64,000 nucleotides of DNA from the human T2T-CHM13v2.0 reference genome, Homo sapiens. Both the position numbers and the translations under genes were made by a program. The notes under the pieces are model-generated. The model ran no database searches and had not been told where the DNA came from. It saw only the letters and a program-made list of their open reading frames with translations. Shown here piece after piece: positions 59,724-64,000 of the stretch; the first letter of the stretch is position 1, and each line of letters begins with the position of its first letter. The stretch lies in NCBI RefSeq assembly GCF_009914755.1, contig NC_060938.1; one strand, written 5' to 3'.

Positions 59724-60782
59724 CTATAAATGTTTATAACACTGCTGGGTAGCTGTTTCCTGCTACTTCATTCTCAAGTTACAGGACTTTGATGAGCGCA
59801 TACATTAACTTCCTAGTGGTTTATTGTGTTTTTGCCAGGAGTGTTTGTAGGAGGGCACTAAGGAACCCACAAATTCAGAGGCTTTGACTAATGACGTTAA
59901 CGCCTAGTGAAAGACAGAACTCTCCTAGGCTGAAAGAACACTGAATTTATATATAACTTAATAGGTATTATTAGTATATTTAAAGAAAGAATGTGTCGAG
60001 ATTTGGAAGTGGCTTGTATAAAAGTGTAGAAAAAGTTGAAGTGGAAGATGCAATTTGAAGTTAGAGAACCTTGATATGCAGACTGTAAATTATAAGTCAC
60101 TGGAACAGACACATGCATTTTGGAGACAGACACAGAAAATGATTACAGCATGATAATGCATATTTAACTAAACAGACAAAAAGGCCAAATTATAAACTTT
60201 TTAAACAAGTCTTTCCAATAATCTGCTTGATGGTCATGCCTCATCATTTCCTCCTAGCTCCCAGAACTTTTTTGTTCAGAGTTTAACGTAATAATTAGCT
60301 GTACAATTATTTGTTTAATGTTTCGCTCAATGAGGATAGGGATAATGGTTGTCTTTTGCATAGTGCCTGCTACATATAAACATGAGTCTCTTGTAAGTTT
60401 GGTTGCTCTAATACATTCAGATCACAACCTTGAAATTACGTGCCAATACCTGGAAAGTTAAAGCTGTCAACTCTAGGTAATCCACCAAAATAAAATTGTG
60501 TTATAGTAAAGTCAATCAAGCAGCCTTTCCTGGTAGACTTTCCAGCACGTTGGGCTTCTCTCAAACTCCAGCAGAACTCAGGATTGCTCAAGATAGGAAG
60601 ATACAAAGATATGAAAGAAATTTTCATTGATATTCCAAAATGATCTCTGTGGAAATGTGCACAAGCACTTCATTTACTATAATGATTCCTTCCTAGCAAG
60701 ATATTTCAAGATTTTAACCATTTTATCTAAAGTGGAAACTAAAATATAGATAGAATAATGCAAAACAAAAGTACAACATAGT

Positions 60783-61092
60783 TGGCAGGGCTCAGTGGCT
60801 CACGCCGATAATCCCAGCATTTTGGGAGGCCGAGGCAGGTGAATCACCTGAGGTCAGGAGTTCGACACCAGCCTGGCCAACATGGTGAAAACCAATCTCT
60901 ACTAAAAATACAAAAAGTTAGCCAGGCATGGAGGCACACACCTGTAATCCCAGTTACTCAGGAGGCTAAGGCACGAGAATGCTTGAACCCAGGAGGCAGA
61001 GGTTGCAGTGAGCCGAGATAGTGTCACTGCACTCCAGCCTGGGAAACAGAGTGAGACGCCGTCTCAAAAAAAGAAAAGAAAAGAAAAAAAAA
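60783..61092 (+). mobile_element. Alu (AluS-like)
   Basis: Full Alu with TSD AAAAGTACAACATAGTT. Confidence 0.94.
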
Positions 61093-61884
61093 GTACAACA
61101 TAGTTAATAGTTTTTTTAATGACTAATTTACCTTTTCACTCAGATTTTTCAACCAACTTAGAAACGATGATAATAGGGATGAGAAATTTACCCAAAGAAA
61201 AAACAGAGAATCCAAACAAAAAACAGAATACTTTGCTTGTTCTCAGAAAGTAGCAATGGCAGCTGGAGGAATAGAACTCATATGTCCTGGATTTCCAGTT
61301 TCAGGACTTTTCTTCCTCAAAGAAAGACTGTTTTGTGAACATGAAAGTGACCTGACTGAGCTATTTTCCAGTGCCAGCCATATTCCATATAGCAGAAATA
61401 AGCTTTGCTAAGCAACTCCCTCTATTAAGGTGCTGCTTCTCTCATTTGGCCTCCCAGAAAACCCATATCCTAACTCCACGGTTCAAATAAGACCCATCAG
61501 TTCAGATGCTGTCAATAACAGTACTGGACCTTCAGAGCTCTTTAATGAAGAGTTTTATGAGAATTAAACAAAAGTACTTTAGAATGACTTTTTTTTTAAT
61601 AGTGGAGGAAGAAGCAGGTATGGTTTTCTACACAGTTAACATGAGCAAAATTCTCGCAGCATTCGATAAGTTGCTGTTGGTAATCTTAAATTTCTTTTCT
61701 TGAGGGACTGTGGAAAACCTCTGGCCAAGTGTAGCTTGGAAAAGGATGGCTATAATCTGAACTTTTCTTCTTGTAGCTCTAGCTAATGCTCTTTTGCATG
61801 TCCCACATGGTTCCCACACCTATATTTCATATTCTGATATCTGGGTTCTTATTTCCTTTAGAAATTTTCTTAGGCTGTCTTGCA

Positions 61885-62105
61885 TAACAGCAAATATTTA
61901 CAAAAAGTTTACCTTGTACCAGACGCCTGCTCTAAGCATTTATATGTCTCACAACAAACCTTATGAGATGGGTACCATTATAATTGCATTATACAGATAA
62001 GGAAAATCAGGCACAGAGAGGTTAAGAAATTTTCCAAAGTCATATAGTTAGTATGTGGCAGAAATTAGGGATTCAAACTCCATGCAGTTAACTACTATTC
62101 CATAT
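61885..62105 (-). mobile_element. MIR
   Basis: TTATACAGATAAGGAAAATCAGGCACAGAGAGGTTAAG is the reverse-complement MIR core. Confidence 0.8.
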
Positions 62106-62521
62106 TGCTTTTCTAAGTACCAGGTACTTGATCACAGAATTCTTAAGGCTCACTTTCACCAGCATGCTCAGAAAAAAGCCTATTTCTATTACCTTCCCTT
62201 TTTATTTCCTATGCTGTTTGGCACAGAAACTCCAAATTCGTTTGAGTTGCAAGAGAGCAATGAGAGATGGTAAGAAAGACTACACAGATACTATCTCTGT
62301 TATATCGAGATATATGTGATTTTGCACATACAAAGATGCTTGCAGTTGCCTTAAACCTACTATTTTTTTGTGCCTGTAATTTTTAGGACATCCTGAGCTG
62401 ACTGAAATTACAATTCTATTAAAGTGTCAGGAAATTAAAGCATGTAAAACATCATAAATATTCCCCCTAATATGATAATTACACCATGCTCTTCCTTTAG
62501 CAAGTTACTGTTTATTTTTTA

Positions 62522-62843
<322 letters not shown>

Positions 62844-63876
62844 ATTCTCTTTCATTGATATTTAATGGATTATGCATTCCTAATCAGAAAAAAAATGAAA
62901 CTACTTCCATTTTGAAAAATATGTATAGTAAATCCTGGAGAAAAAAAAATTGTGTCACCTATTTCCTTGTTTTTCCACAAATTAAAATCAGGCCATATAT
63001 ATATATATATAATGGATGCCATTTCTCAATGGAGAATAGATTCACTTTCCAGGATTAAAAAACAAACAAACAAACCACACACACACAACTCAACTACATG
63101 GCAATATTCATTGTGTGAATGTCAACACTAGATTTCCTTGACACTAAATTTTCTTGCAACTATTAATATAACTATTAATAAAAAGATAATACTTACTGAC
63201 AAGACCTTACATTTCTTTTGTTGAAAATATCACAGTTGATTAAAAATGTTGAAATTTTTTATCTTATGCAAACATATTTTATTGCTGTGCAAGATTGCCC
63301 TCTTGTGTTTTCTCTAGTTAAGTCATTATTTTTTATTGATTTAATATTAGCTTTTAACTTTTCCATCTAAAATTAACTCATTACTAAATGAATTTCAAAG
63401 CCTTTTATTCCAAACCACACAGATCAGAAGTTAATATTAGTGTTATGGTTTGTGGTATATAGTGTACCTTTTTAAATATATGAACTAACTTATAAAATAC
63501 TACGGCCTAAGGGTAAGAAAAAGCAGAGTCAAACAGAAGTAAATACATAAAGAAAAATTTAGAATAATGTCAAGGAATTCTAAAGCCCTGATACTAACTT
63601 CCTACATTAATGATACAGCCAATTAGTCTATTAGTATAGGTCTAGCTTAATATCTTTGCGGTCTATTTCTTCCTTTGCTTATTTAATTACTATAGGTATA
63701 TAAAAACACAATAACATTCTTTATTGTTTTGAAATTTTTTCCTTGTGTATTAAATTAGCATTTTTCTTTTAAATATTGCCTAACTAAAACAAGTATTCTC
63801 ATATGTTGTTAGTGGAAATGTAAATTTGGTACACTCTCTTTGTAAATTAAATCAGCAGTATATATTAAGAACCTTA

Positions 63877-64000
<124 letters not shown>

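Noticed and set aside
61230-61820. Unique sequence with a TDGSY (RNase H-like) peptide on the minus strand
   Set aside because: Flanked by stops, with no other RNase H motifs.

Overview
Primate (human-like) genomic DNA, about two-thirds interspersed repeats. I recognise no intact host protein-coding gene. Main structures: (1) A two-LTR HERV-L provirus (MLT2A-type LTRs, minus strand, 11536-19988) sits inside an old L1M fragment. Its gag is interrupted by an SVA that carries about 510 bp of foreign 5'-transduced DNA and is 3'-truncated. (2) A full-length young L1PA2/3-like LINE-1 (minus strand, about 22508-28549) has disabled ORF1 and ORF2, an open antisense ORF0, and extra non-L1 bases inside both target-site duplications (TSDs). 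(3) An L1PA7/8-like element (plus strand, about 49045-55135) received a HERV-K(HML3)/MER9 provirus just after the ORF1 start codon. A later deletion removed the ERV 3' half and the middle of the L1, leaving about 157 bp of filler. (4) The most notable feature is in unique DNA at about 42950-45330 (+): a heavily decayed, two-exon class A (rhodopsin-like) GPCR pseudogene. Remnants of all seven TM segments can be read, and a phase-compatible GT-AG intron follows TM2. About 27 Alus plus MIR, L2, MLT1 and solo-LTR relics fill the rest. All calls are by eye and repeat subfamily names are approximate.
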